Source: Phoronis australis (lineage: Eukaryota > Animalia > Phoronida). Taken from it: a DNA stretch of 64,000 nucleotides. The stretch spans positions 1-64,000 of the forward strand of contig NMRA01000649.1 of NCBI GenBank assembly GCA_002633005.1, given 5' to 3'. Below are positions 1 through 12,139 of this stretch, in pieces. Positions within the stretch are counted from its first letter, which is position 1. Every line of letters begins with the position of its first letter. The notes beneath the pieces were generated by a model. It was not told where the DNA came from and made no database searches. It was given only the letters and a program-made list of their open reading frames with translations. The translations under genes and the position numbers were made by a program.

Positions 1-49
1 TCACCGTAGTGATACTAAGTAAACGGAGAACACAGAAGTTCAGTCATAC

Positions 50-79
50 CTTGCATCTTTACAGCATCGCACAGCGGTC
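50..79 (-). CDS. Possible 30-nt CNTLN micro-exon (TAVRCCKDA), phase 2 to 2
   Basis: ttttag acceptor and AAG|GTATGA donor, open in the frame of the preceding exon; weak polypyrimidine tract and no homology support. Confidence 0.4.
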
Positions 80-323
80 CTAAAACTCCACATCATTTCT
101 TCATCCAAAATAGTGAAACAGCAAAGTTGAGCTCAGTGGAGTTTTGCTTTCGACTCTTACTGTACGATGATAATCGGAACTAAACAGTTAAACTCATAAC
201 CCCACTAAACTAGAACTGTAAGATATACGAGTATTCCTGCTGTTCATGGGAAACACGTTTCCCTCATTGATTCTTTAGGTGCGCACAGAGCTTGAAAAAA
301 CAAAATGTCAATGTGTCACTCAC

Positions 324-445
324 CCGTGTAGCTCCTCCTCTGCGACCTTCAATTGCTCCCTGACCAGCCTATAGTCGGCCTGCAGGGCTCTCAGTCTGGC
401 AAGACGTCGTTCATGAGCACCTTGTAATGTTTTCAATTCAGCGTT
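324..445 (-). CDS. CNTLN: CNTLN exon (NAELKTLQGAHERRLARLRALQADYRLVREQLKVAEEELH)
   Basis: ttttcag acceptor, GG|GTGAGT donor, 122 nt; resembles the conserved AH.RR..RL..LQ..Y..V.EQLK centlein segment. Confidence 0.9.
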
Positions 446-3400
446 CTGAAAATTCAACACGTCCAGTTCTTGATCAAAAACAAGCTGGCAAATGGCCAAC
501 GTTTAATGAGGTGCGCGAAATCCACAAAGGGGCACAAGTAAACAACACAAATTTAGGTCATCATGAGGAACCATCGTGATGATGAGCAGCTTTCCTGTCT
601 CTATAATAAAAAGAGAACAAGTTCTCTATTAGCACCACCAAGTGGATACAGAGTAACTCAGCTGACTCACGTAGCACTATTTGACAAATTTGTTAACCAA
701 TGTCGAGCTGGGAGCATTCAGTTATAATGTCATTTTGAGATGCACAAGGAACACTAGGTGTAATCAAGCACCTGAGCCGGTTATTTTAGTCCATTTCCTC
801 TTTTTGGGAATCCTAGTTAAATCCATAGTTAAGACAAGAAGTGGTTTAAAGAACTAAGTTTTAAATTGATATTATTTATAATGTTGCGTATTTAAGATCA
901 GTGCCAAGACAGATTTGAACATACGACCTCAATAGTCACGGTCTGTTTTGCTAGAAAAGCAACAGACTGGTGTGAATAGTAGCTGAGTATTTTGAGCGTA
1001 TTTAGGTTATAAGGTCACCGGCTCAGTTTCAGCTAATTCTACCGAATGACTGGAATCCAACATCCGGAACTAGTAATTTCTAATAAAATTTCATAAGCAC
1101 ACCGATTGTTGTTTTATATCTCTGGTCAAAGGTATTAACTCCACATAGTCTATCCTACCCAACAGTAATCCCAATAATAGAGGAAGCAGTGTGGCCTTAT
1201 GGGATAAATGGGATAAGTGTCGGCTCTTCCTTTACTTAAGGTTGTGGGTTCGAGTCCCACTGCTAAACCTTTTAGTCCGTAGTCTAGCTCCTCAGCTCAG
1301 TTTTAACTAATAGTCCCAGGTGATCAGTGTAATGGGTCCACCTGATTGGCCTGCGCGCACCAGACCGGCTGCAAATAGTTTTTTGTCTCGAAAATGTTTT
1401 TCAGTCCTAAAACTGATTGTGTCTCTTTAAGAGTGGTGATGATAAGGTCACATGTCAGGACACGGTAAAGGTGTTCAAAATCAACTAAGTCATTAAATGA
1501 CCGGAAAGGAGATTTCACAGTCACAAAAGCAAATTACCGGTAGCAAACAGTGCAAGGGCAGGCAATGTTGCTGAACTTTGAGTCAGTCAATGTAAAACTG
1601 CGCCGTTGTCGCAAAAGCATTCAAATTTTGACTCTTGATAGTAAAACACACAGTGTGTTTGTCTAGTAATTGTCCTCTACCTTCAGGTCCAGTAAGTCTT
1701 TTGTGGTCTCCAGTTTCTGCTCCATCACTGAAAGTCTTTTCTGCAGGTCTGGAGAACCTGATGGCTTAACAACAGAGGGAGCTGATTTACACCTGCTGTG
1801 ACGTCTTGTTTGGTGATTGGTTGGAATGTGGGACAGATCGAGGTCATCCAATGAGTGGTGACGATCCAACTGGCTGATGACCCTGCATTGAATTAAAGAC
1901 AATTGAAAACTACTGTTAGTTGTTGGCGAGTGTATTTTTGAAACATTCTAATGGAAAAACGAACAAGATCAGAAAAAGACCAAAACCTAACTGCAGCTAA
2001 ATTCACTGACAGTAGCAATAATATGATGATGCTTGATCCCTCCAATGCATTTACTTAAAAAACAGCACCAATAACTAAGCAGTCTGAGTCAGTAAAATGA
2101 AAGTCAGACAAGATGTCAAACCTGTTTCTATCCTTGAGTTTCATCCTGAGAAAGTTGACCTCTTTCTTAAGGTTGGCCACATTCTTTTCTAGTCCAGCGA
2201 CGACCCGTGGACTAGAACCATCCCCGTCAGAGACCTGTTTATAAACTGGAGACAGCGCCACCTCCCTGAAGCTGGCTGCATCACGCAGCGTGGATGACCT
2301 TGGACTGGACTCGGTCTCGCGGAGAGCCGACTCGAGCCTCAGTTCCAGTTCTGCGAGCATATCGTCTCTTGTTGACAGTTGCTGACAGTAAAAAAGATCA
2401 GATCAAGGAAAAGACATCTCACAGATTTTGACCTGTAGGTCAATTTACGTTTTGGAGATGTGAATTGATTTAGGCCTCCGATTAAGATTACCACCCTTCC
2501 GCTACCACAGGCAACCTGTCGACTGTAAAAATGTCAATTTCAATTTCAGTTTCAAGACAAATTGCCTGGTTCTAGTGCTCAAGTACTCCAATTTTCCTTC
2601 TACCTTGAAACTAGGATTGGTCTGATTGGGAAAACGTGTCTTTTTGATGGACAGCAGAAGGTCTTAGAATCAAAAACTCGCCCAGAAAAGAAAGTGAACC
2701 CATGACCTCTGAGTTGTCTATCCAACGCTCAGCAACTAAGTCCCCTACAACCTTTAGGACAGTCTTCTGTTACCTGCTTCAGTTCAGACAACTGTTGTCT
2801 TTGAGCGCCTTCGACTTGCCTCAGCTGGCTATACTGGCCTTTGAGTTCTTCATACATCTTAAAGGGAAAAAATGATTCACTGATAAGAACATAGCTGCTC
2901 ATAGTATTTTTATTTTCATTCCCAGAAATTCCTGATAAGCTACAGCAGAAACTTTACCAAGAATTCACACAAACAACCAGCGCATTCCCCAACCTGACAA
3001 GAGCCTTAGTTCCATTCTATAAATGGGACAACTTAACCTGACCAACTTACAGAGTTTAATCTTTAGTAACTGACCTATCGCAAGCTTTGCCCCCTTGCGA
3101 AATGCCGACAACATGTTGTTTGTCGGGTAAAATGGCAGCTTGGAAACGAATGTGTGTCAAGAATGCTGCGTTCTGATTGGTCACGTAAGCCGTCACTCAA
3201 AGTCCTGGCGACAGGTCAATTAGGCATTTAGTCAAGTTTTCCACAGCCCAAAATTCACAAGTAACCTTGGCCTTATGAGAAAAAAGAACGGTTCTACAAC
3301 TTTCCCTAACTGCTGTTCACAAAGATTTGTTCACAGCCCAGATGCTGTAAAATTAACATTCCGGACTTTCTTCGTAGCCTTAGCAACTAGACACATAGCA

Positions 3401-6400
3401 AACGTTATCTGTCCTCTGTCTGGTCTGTACAAAGTTCTTTTAACAAGAACCAATGATGTCAGAATTGACAAATGCGGGAAGTGATATAGCAGACCTTTGC
3501 AAAAACAACTAGTTTGTCAATACTGCCCATTTTAACAAAAGCATAACATAACACTGCATACTTATCAAGATTTTTGATTTATGTCGGCAAATTTCCATGT
3601 TATTCACACCACTGATGCCAATGTAACCAAAATTTGCTGCTTACCGTCTGCAGGGAACCAGTCTCTATTTTGTAGGCTGCCTCTTGGTTACTCACAACTG
3701 AATCAGAGAATAAAGCATGCTCACAATCAACTTTAAAAAGCGACAAAAATGTAACTCCTATGAAATAACTGAAACCGCTATAAATGTGTCAGAAATGACT
3801 GCTCATTCAGACAATTTACGATTGGTTTCAGCATGTTCCTTACTCAAATCAGGCGTGATTTCTTGGCTTCGATAGAACAGAGGCTTTTGTAGAGCACTGA
3901 GCATTAACTCCAGCAAAGATGACCTAGACGTCTGATTCATGACAAGTGACTTGAGAAAAAAAAATTTGGTCTCACGTTCCGCATAACTATTTCAGNAGCG
4001 TAAAAAACTAAAATTGCCACTAGGGGGCACACCGGTTGTCGGATCCGTCCGAAAGTTCGCACATGCCATCCCATTCATGAATGGAACATATGTGCCAAAT
4101 TTCATGAACGTATGTCAAAGGGTTTTGGAGATAGAGCAGCGGACGCCGGACGCCAGACGCTGGACGGACGCCGCCCGGACGGACGGACAGAGATGACGGC
4201 ATAATGCGTCCACATATAAATATGTGGGCGCATAAAAATGCTCAAACATAGGCTAACACTCAACTTCAGTCAGTAACTAAATTTTTGAAATTCAGTTATT
4301 AGCAAGCGGGCATTTCAATACAATGACTACGAAACAAATTCACACAAAAGAAAAAGCCAAGTACACTTAATCACTTTACAGCAAGAGAGAGAGGGGCAGA
4401 TTTTGACCTGTAGGTCAATTTACGTTTTGGAGATGTGAATTGATTTAGGCCTCCGATCTGATTAAGATTCCCACCCTTCCGCTACCACAGGCAACCTGTT
4501 GACTGCAAAAATGTCAATTTCAATTTCAGTTTCAAGACAAATTGCCTGGTTCTAGTGCTCAAGCACTCCAATTTTCCTTCTACCTTGAAACTGAGATTGA
4601 TCCGATTGGGAAAACGTGTCTTTTTGACAGACAGCAAAAGGTCTTGGGATTAAAAACTTGCCCAGAAAAGAAACTGAACCCATGTCCTCTGAGTTGTCTA
4701 TCCAATGCTCACCAACTGAGAACCCTACAACCTTTAGGACAGTCTTCTATTACCTGCTTCAGTTCAGACAACTGTTGTCTTTGAGTGCCTTCGACTTGCT
4801 TCAGCTGGCTATACTGGCCTTTGAGTTCTTCATACATCTTAAAGGGAAAAAATGATTCACTGAGAAGAACCTAGCTGCTCATAGTATTTTTATTTTCATT
4901 CCCAGAAATTCCTGATAAGCTACAGCAGAAACTTTACGAAGAATTCACACAAACAACCAGCGCATTCCCCAACCTGGCAAGAGCCTTAGTTCCATTCTAT
5001 AAATGGGACAACTTAACCTGGCCAACTTACAGAGTTTAATCTTTAGTAACTGACCTATCGCAAGCTCTGCCCCCTTGCGAAATGCCGACAACATGTTGTT
5101 TGTCGGGTAAAATGGCAGCTTGGAAACGAACGTGTGTCAAGAATGCTGTGTTCTGATTGGTCACGTAAGCAGTCACTCAAAGTCCTGGCGACAGGTCAAT
5201 TAGGCATTTAGCCAAGTTTTCTGCAGCCCAAAACTCATAAGTAACCTTGGCCTTATGAGAAAAAAGAACGGTTCCACAACTTTCCCTAACTGCTGTTCAC
5301 AAAGATTTGTTCACAGCCCAGATGCTGTAAAATTAACATTCCGGACTTTCTTCGTAGCCTTAGCAACTAGACACATAGCAAACGTTATCTGTCCTCTGTC
5401 TGGTCTGTACAAAGTTCTTTTAACAAGAACCAATGATGTCAGAATTGACAAATGCGGGAAGTGATATAGCAGACCTTTGCAAAAACAACTAGTTTGTCAA
5501 TACTGCCCATTTTAACAAAAGCATAACATAACACTGCATACTTATCAAGATTTTTGATTTATGTCGGCAAATTTCCATGTTATTCACACCACTGATGCCA
5601 ATGTAACCAAAATTTGCTGCTTACCGTCTGCAGGGAACCAGTCTCTATTTTGTAGGCTGCCTCTTGGTTACTCACAACTGAATCAGAGAATAAAGCATGC
5701 TCACAATCAACTTTAAAAAGCGACAAAAATGTAACTCCTATGAAATAACTGAAACCGCTATAAATGTGTCAGAAATGACTGCTCATTCAGACAATTTACG
5801 ATTGGTTTCAGCATGTTCCTTACTCAAATCAGGCGTGATTTCTTGGCTTCGATACAACAGAGGCTTTTGTAGAGCACTGAGCATTAACTCCAGCAAAGAT
5901 GACCTAGACGTCTGATTCATGACAAGTGACTTGAGAAAAAAAAATTTGGTCTCACGTTCCGCATAACTATTTCAGAAAAATAATCAAAACCCACGTTAGA
6001 AAAGAATAAGGTATCTGAGAGTTACTCACTGAGAAGAATTGTACAAGTGATTTCCAGGCAGCGATGTGCTAAAATATTTACACCATTAAACATTTACTAA
6101 GCAAATGTGAGATGGGACCCTAAGCCCAAATTTCTGTCTTCAAGTCTTGAATCATTCTTGATGAAAGAGACGCCCCGACTGAATTCCACAGATGCAAGAA
6201 TCTCACGAGGGAAGCTAGTGTGATCACGTGATTCGCTTCTGTTACACGGTGATATCTGATGGAAGTCTTGCGTGATCATGTGATGTCGCGAGGTTTTCAC
6301 ATGAATGGACCGCACGTCAGTTTTAAAGTGGCGAGTGGCGTAACGAGATCAAATTATACCTTTCACTCTCATAAAATCGATCTTGTAATATTCCCTTCCG

Positions 6401-9400
6401 AGTAAGGATTCCATTTCCGTCTCCAACAAAAACATCGAAACCACCAGTGACTTGAGTTTTGTGGTTTAGATGTTCTTGTTAGTTATGGAAACACAATCCT
6501 ATCACAGTAAGAAATAATATTAGCCAAGACTGAATTCATGAGAGTAAAATTCCTAATTCGATTTTCATTTTGCCAACAAAACGGGCAAATTGCAGCTTTA
6601 ATTTGAATCAAATTACATCCAATACACAGCACCATTGATAAACTAAATAAAAGCAACGTAAGGTATTGAAATGTGTCAAGGACGGTGCAAACCATCAAAT
6701 AAAACAGAAATATCAAGCAACCATGTCTGCTCTCTAGTTAATTCCTACTTTTCTCAGTGTCCTCTTGGAGGCGCTTCAGTTGCCGCAACAAGCTGGCCTG
6801 TTCGGCGGCGTGGTCCCCGCACTGTTGGTGGCCTTGCCATAGCTCCGACAGCTCCTTCCTGACATGCGTAGACAGATGAAGTAGAGTTAGTTTATGTTGC
6901 TAGCGACAACCAGATCGAGGATCAGAGAATCCATGCACATCAGGGCTGCGTTTTGTAGAACAAGTTTCTAGCCAGAAAATCCAGATATCAACATGCCAAG
7001 TATGTCAACAAATTGGCATTACTCAAAGAATCAGTGTTTTGTGTCTATTAAACGTAGCCCCGATACCACAACACTGCCTAATTAATCTTCATCATAAATG
7101 TAAGATACTTCACGTTTGTTTGCTCCGGGTGGCTCATGTCATGTGTATATTCATGGCTGAATGGACTGAATGTAATTTGCATATGACCTCATTTGAGTAT
7201 AAACTGTTGTTTGCTGACTCGATTTACTCAAATTGTGGCAGTGCATATTTGGCTTCAGTGAGGAAAGCTAGGGAGCGGCAGTATTGAGGTATTTTTCATT
7301 ATTTTTCATGGTATTTTCGTATTTGGTATTTCCGAATTTGCATTTTGTCTGTAACTGTGAGGTTTGCTATGCATTTTGTTTTTTTTTTGATTTTTAGAAC
7401 TGAAACTGAGAAGAACTGTGAGAATGTCAATGAGAAATGTTTCACGTCTCTCAATAAAGCACTTTTAAAAGATATAACTCCTCTTGACTTGCCAACACTC
7501 ACAATAAATATTCATTAATGCAGTCCTGAATGCTGGTGCACATACATAGAAGACTGATATATTGCGGCGTTTCCTAGAAAATCTAACTAATGCAAAGCAA
7601 GAGACCCAAGGCATATAACTGAACGGTTATTACACATATTGCATTGTCACTAGCATTTTGTATCGCTGAGCAGATGATGAAATCAAATTAAGTTCATATT
7701 TTAAGACCAGCAAGTGATTTAATGCCTAGTGGTTTGGCGATTTTTTCTCATTAAAACGGCGACCCTAGTCAAAAGGAGGAAAGTGTGCTTTAGATGAGAA
7801 CATGGAAGAACCATGCAGAGGGTCTCAAAAACAGTAGCTCCCCAAGGCAAGCCATTCCCACATCCTGAATTCATTTCTCAATTTTTGCCGAAATAGAAAA
7901 TGCATTGCCTTAGTTTTCAAAAGATCGGCTCGCGAACAGATTTCAAAGTTGACTTGGACAAGGAAACAAAAATTATTGCGCCAAACTCAACTTTCCAAAC
8001 AGTTTATGTCAGCATTGCAACTCACTGTCCAACAACTATTGGCAATAGAATGGCGAAACAATATAATATCATGACAGGTAGTATACAACTGTGGGCCAAA
8101 AGCTCAAGTGACGCATAGCATTGTGGGCAGAATAAGCAGGACCAGAGAGGGCGCTGCGGTATATCAAAAAGTGGCTACTGAACTGGCAACCTCTCACAGA
8201 AGCACCTGAGACCTTTAACCTCTGGGTCACTGAGTGGTCACAGATTGAAAGCGTTACTGAACAACAGATCCTCACAATACCTAACAGACTCCAGCTCTCT
8301 GTTTTTCTCCTCTATCTCTTGCTTATGCTTCGCTGCCTCTTCAGCGTATTTCTTCACATCCTTCTCAAACCTGGCTACCGTGGCATCGTAATCAGTCACC
8401 TGTGACAACCAGACACACCTCACTAACTATGATTAAAACAACAGGAACGTCCGTTTGTTTCCAAACATGGAAAAGCGAAAACGGGCACCACGGTACAATG
8501 CAAAGAGATTAACAAAATATTTCATTGAATAGATTACTATTAAACGTTGCCATTTCTGTAAATGAACGAGAAGTGGTGATGGGCACAAGTGTAAACATGT
8601 TTACACATGCGGTTTTGCCAGAGAAAACTCACAGTTAGTTTGTTACTTACAGGTGCAGTGACAGGCGAGAAGACAAAGACAGCCATTGAGCACCTGTTCT
8701 CAAAACGATGTCAAACATGTCAACAACACTTAAAAACCCGACAACAACATATCAATCACTACAATGTCTTTGACGCTTCCTAAGTTCTTTTTATTTTATG
8801 TGCATATCGTAGAAATAATAAACTGAGATCAAGAGGGAGGCATTGTAAATGGTGGTGATGTATCTTCCACTGTAAATTGTTTCACACTTCAAAATACCAT
8901 TGCTACAGGTTACTTCCCTGAGTGGGCTTGTGTGTAAGGATAGGCTTTTGCCAGAAATCAAAGTTTTCATCGATGAATTCGTTATTTACAATGAATCAAG
9001 TTATGAATGAAGATGAAGAAGAATGAAATGTAAAAGACGATATTGATGGGGAATGTGCACCATTTGTAAATTCTATCACGCTTCTCATATTGAGCTCTTA
9101 TAATTTTATGTAAATGCACACAGATAGATCAGGTCAAGGTTGAAGAAAATTGAATTTAATGTACAAATATGCCCATTATGTAGACTGGCAACTTCGGAAC
9201 ATCATATCTCAGAAATGGCAAGTCAGATTCTCATCAAACTTTCATGGACTGTACTTTATGCAAGGTTTCCCAAAACTCAGCCAGGAATTGTTTAAGAAAG
9301 TTCCACTTCTGCATGAGAGGCTATCAAAAATGGGAATTGTGTGATTTTTATGAAAAATTTATAGTACCGTGAAAGGAAAACGAAACAATAATTTTGAAAA

Positions 9401-12102
9401 CTGTAGATTTTATCTTGAACATTTATATCATACAAAATTTGCTCATGTTATTGATCCTGTTGTTTTGCTACGAATGTACCTTTCTTTCTTTTTAATACTT
9501 AATTTTACTAATTAACGAAGACGGTAGATTGTAATTATAAAGCCAAAAATCAAATTCTACGGAAGTTCTGCTTTCAGAAAATATAAACTTTTGCCGATTT
9601 CAATTCCATAGTTTTGTAGACGTTTGGCTACAAGTAATCTTGTGAATAATGTCCTAAAAATAGACACAATGTATAATGCTGATTGACTATCTCAGCACAA
9701 CACGAATTGCTAGACATTTCAGGAAACTATTAACCAATCAAAACTCACCTTCATTTCAGCAGCCTTCACATTTTGCTCAAGCAGTGCTATCTTACTGTCC
9801 TGTTGGATCCTGGTGGCCAGCAAGTCATTCTTTTCAGACATCACTTTCTTTAGCTCAGACTGCAAGTTTGCCGCTTCTTTCTCAAAGTCTGAATAAGCAC
9901 AAAAATAAAACCAAAACTTCTCCAAATTTGAAAAAAAATAATTGCCAAAACTGTCATTATTGGCACTTTTCAAAAGAGAGCATCTTTTCTGCCTTATTTT
10001 TGTATGAATTTCATACATTGCGCTATCCCGTTTTCATTTTGCTCTTCCAATGAAAGCAAAGAGTAATTGCTGCTATGGGCTACAACTCAGGCAGAAGTTG
10101 GCAAATTTGAAAATTTACACATGGATGCTTTAACGTGCCTTATTAGGCTTCCCTTACGATACAGAATGCGCAGAGTGACTTTTGTCCACTGTCTTTATTT
10201 CATAACCTTGTTTTAGAATGTTTCTGTGTTGCTATTCCTACATGACAAGCCACGACTTGTGAGAAAACACAAACAGCTGGAAAAAATGACCCCTTCCCCA
10301 ACAACATGAGCATCTGGCCAATCACGCTACTTCATCATCAGTCATGTGACCCAACAAGCTCCACCCACCCGCCCGGTCCTTCTCCTGGTTCTCAATGACT
10401 TGTCGCTGCAGCTGCTCCAGACTTTTCTCCCTGTTTTCCCTACTTTTCAGCTGTTCACCCAACAACACCAGCCTCTCCTTCAGGTCTCTGTTATCTTCTT
10501 CCAGATGGCTCACTGTCGTCTGGTAGTCCTGACGTCTGCAACAAGATCACATTGGAGATAACTAACAGAGATAGCTCTACACGCAGACACAGCAGATTAT
10601 TCACTTTTGCATCAAAATTGCCATTCTTGCATTATTCATAGTTTCGCCGTTGCATTGCAAATTCTCAGGGTTTATCAAATGTTGGTTGATGACAGCTCTC
10701 ATGTACAAATCATGCGTGTTTTTGCTCATAAAATTTTACAGTGAAAATACACTTTTACTGATATTTTGTGGTCTAAATTGAAGAATAATCTATACGGCAA
10801 CGAGACCTCTCCCTGACCATCAAAGACAAATCATGTCTCACCTCTGTGACAGCGAGGCCGTCTCCTGCTCCCTGGCAGTCAGCGCCCCCTTCAGTTGTTC
10901 TATCTTATCATCTTTGATCTGCAGGATCTCCAGGACCTTTCTATCCTTCACCTCGGCCTTTTCTTTCTCCCGCTGCACCACCAGACTGATGGCCTGAGTT
11001 ATGTCTGGGTTTGCCACCTGCAATCGTTTCCATAGCGACCAAACAAACTCCTTGTCCGCCTGCAGAGAAAACATTTTCTTTTGCATTTTTCTTTCTTTTT
11101 TTCTTCATTTCATGGGTATAAATTAATAAATACAATAGATAACATAAAAGCCCAAAAATCGAATTAGCCCAGAAAACGTTGACTGTCATGACAGTTAAAG
11201 TATGGAAAAGCCTCACCAATTTTGAACAAAAACAGTTGCCATTTTTCAAAGGCTTGTAACATTGTAATAATTGTGATTGCCCATTGTGTCTCGAAACAAT
11301 AGTCTCAGCTGTGGTTTAGAACTTCCAAACAACATTCAAATCACAACAACGACCCAAATAACAGGCAAACATTTTCGCCATTCAAAAGGAAGAAATAACA
11401 TCAGAGGCCAACATTCTGATCAACATGGATCCTCAAAATGTGATCAGCTGGTCACTCACTTGGCATTGGGTGAGATCTTCAGTCAACTGTTTGTTCTCAC
11501 TCCTCAGAGCCTCCAGCTCATCTACAACATAATGAGCACCAATCATACTGGAGCGGGCTGGGAAAATGGAAGTTGTGCAGAGGTCGTGCAGAGGTCAATC
11601 ATATTCCCAAACCAAATACAACAAGTACTCGAGGCAAGAAAAAAACCAGTACAGTAAAATCTCACTAATTTTAGGGAAGATAATGGTCAAAAACGTCTTT
11701 TTTAATTTTTCAAAGGCTACTATCATTGTTGTGATTGCCCACAATTTTTCAAAACTTTGTTTGACAGTAGCTGTGGAACAGATCTTGAAACGGTGATTTG
11801 AGTTCGCGGCAACGGTTAGAAATAACGTGCCCACATTTTGAGAACCAGCTTGATGCCGCTTATTCAGTGGAGAAAATTTGTTCTCAAAATGTGGGCACGG
11901 TATAGACATATAAATCCGACTATTACCTCATTTCACTGCAGGTGAACCTGGTCAAAATGGACAACTTGAGAATGTTCAAGTGATTTGTTGTCAAAAGAAA
12001 AAGTAACAATAGTTATAACAATTGCTTAATCTATTAAATAACATGTAAATTTAAAAAGTTAGCCTGTGTAAACTCACCAAGCAAATCTTGAGATGCGGCC
12101 AT
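324..12102 (-). CDS. CNTLN: Centlein (CNTLN) orthologue, centrosomal coiled-coil protein; 5' portion only (~520 aa over 12 coding exons), continues beyond the left edge
   Basis: Exons chain with GT-AG sites and consistent phases: 12102-12078, 11521-11460, 11059-10842, 10535-10369, 9888-9749, 8399-8281, 6858-6749, 5677-5625 (or 3697-3645), 4837-4754 (or 2857-2774), 2381-2122, 1882-1681, 445-324. The peptide CQADKEFVWSLWKRLQVANPDITQAISLVVQREKEKAEVKDRKVLEILQIKD is the recognisable centlein N-terminal signature. Confidence 0.93.
1186..1264 (+). mobile_element. tRNA-derived SINE head or pseudo-tRNA
   Basis: A-box-like TGGCCTTATGGG and T-arm GTGGG-TTCGAGT-CCCAC (B box). Internal ATGGGATAA duplication and no proper acceptor or anticodon stems. 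Confidence 0.5.
1681..1882 (-). CDS. CNTLN: CNTLN exon (VISQLDRHHSLDD...TKDLLDLK)
   Basis: tgcag acceptor, AAG|GTAGAG donor, 202 nt, phase 2 to 0; overlaps ORF 1663..1902. Confidence 0.87.
2122..2381 (-). CDS. CNTLN: CNTLN exon (QLSTRDDMLAELELRLESAL...KLKDRNR)
   Basis: gtcag acceptor, AG|GTTTGA donor, 260 nt, phase 0 to 2; overlaps ORF 2055..2360. Confidence 0.88.
2774..2857 (-). CDS. CNTLN: CNTLN exon Y, copy A (MYEELKGQYSQLRQVEGAQRQQLSELKQ)
   Basis: CAG|GTAACA donor; differs from copy B by two non-synonymous changes (K/R, T/A). Confidence 0.8.
3067..3222. mobile_element. Small MITE (family A); also at 5047-5202 and inverted at 57500-57680
   Basis: Imperfect TIRs TAACTGACCTATCGC / GCGACAGGTCAATTA; internal sequence shared in reverse complement with 57500-57680. 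Confidence 0.7.
3645..3697 (-). CDS. CNTLN: CNTLN exon X, copy A (duplicate)
   Basis: Same sequence and splice sites as 5625-5677. Confidence 0.7.
3997..4237 (-). mobile_element. 5' fragment of a HINE/Helentron-like element, truncated at N3996
   Basis: Reverse complement starts TTTTTATGCGCCCACATAT, followed by a GTCC/CGTCC microsatellite, as in the element at 35778. Confidence 0.7.
4754..4837 (-). CDS. CNTLN: CNTLN exon Y, copy B (MYEELKGQYSQLKQVEGTQRQQLSELKQ)
   Basis: tttaag acceptor, CAG|GTAATA donor, 84 nt, phase 0 to 0. Confidence 0.82.
5625..5677 (-). CDS. CNTLN: CNTLN exon X, copy B (IVSNQEAAYKIETGSLQT)
   Basis: ttcag acceptor, ACG|GTAAGC donor, 53 nt, phase 1 to 0; identical to 3645-3697. 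Confidence 0.85.
6749..6858 (-). CDS. CNTLN: CNTLN exon (KELSELWQGHQQCGDHAAEQASLLRQLKRLQEDTEK)
   Basis: gtcag acceptor, GTAGGA donor, 110 nt, phase 2 to 1. Resembles the vertebrate RKEL..L....H...QA.LI.QL..L..DT.K segment. Not in the ORF track. Confidence 0.88.
8281..8399 (-). CDS. CNTLN: CNTLN exon (VTDYDATVARFEKDVKK...ELESVR)
   Basis: cacag acceptor, AG|GTATTG donor, 119 nt, phase 0 to 2. Confidence 0.88.
9749..9888 (-). CDS. CNTLN: CNTLN exon (DFEKEAANLQSELKK...AAEMK)
   Basis: ttcag acceptor, AAG|GTGAGT donor, 140 nt, phase 1 to 0. Confidence 0.9.
10369..10535 (-). CDS. CNTLN: CNTLN exon (RQDYQTTVSHLEEDNRDLKERL...EKDRA)
   Basis: ttgcag acceptor, GTGGGT donor, 167 nt, phase 2 to 1; coiled-coil composition. 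Confidence 0.88.
10842..11059 (-). CDS. CNTLN: CNTLN exon (ADKEFVWSLWKRLQ...SLSQR)
   Basis: ctgcag acceptor, GTGAGA donor, 218 nt; highly conserved centlein motif. Confidence 0.95.
11460..11521 (-). CDS. CNTLN: CNTLN exon (DELEALRSENKQLTEDLTQCQ)
   Basis: tgtag acceptor, GTGAGT donor, 62 nt, phase 1 to 0; joins to give CQ|ADKEF. Confidence 0.9.
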
Positions 12103-12139
12103 TTACGATCCCATGTTGTAGTTGGCGGCACTAATTCAA
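12078..12139 (-). CDS. CNTLN: CNTLN exon with start codon (ATG at 12102-12100; MAASQDLL)
   Basis: Acceptor ttttcag, donor G|GTGAGT; phase 1 matches the next exon (G+AT = Asp). Confidence 0.8.

Larger units (their letters stand above)
2422..5975. repeat. Near-identical direct duplication: 2422-3995 and 4397-5975 (~1.58 kb each, offset 1975-1980)
   Basis: Line-by-line identity apart from scattered SNPs and one 5-bp indel; ORFs 3275..3484 and 5255..5464 are identical; single N at 3996. Confidence 0.95.

Noticed and set aside
1186-1264. Functional tRNA gene
   Set aside because: Only the T-arm is well formed; the D-region has a duplication and the acceptor and anticodon stems do not pair.
3275-5464. 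Identical 69-aa ORFs (MRKKNGS...) suggesting a duplicated small gene
   Set aside because: They lie antisense in CNTLN introns and are identical only because of the 1.58-kb duplication.
6200-6305. Cluster of TCACGTGA/TCATGTGA (USF/MITF-like) motifs in a CNTLN intron
   Set aside because: Probably part of an unclassified repeat; no independent support for a regulatory role.
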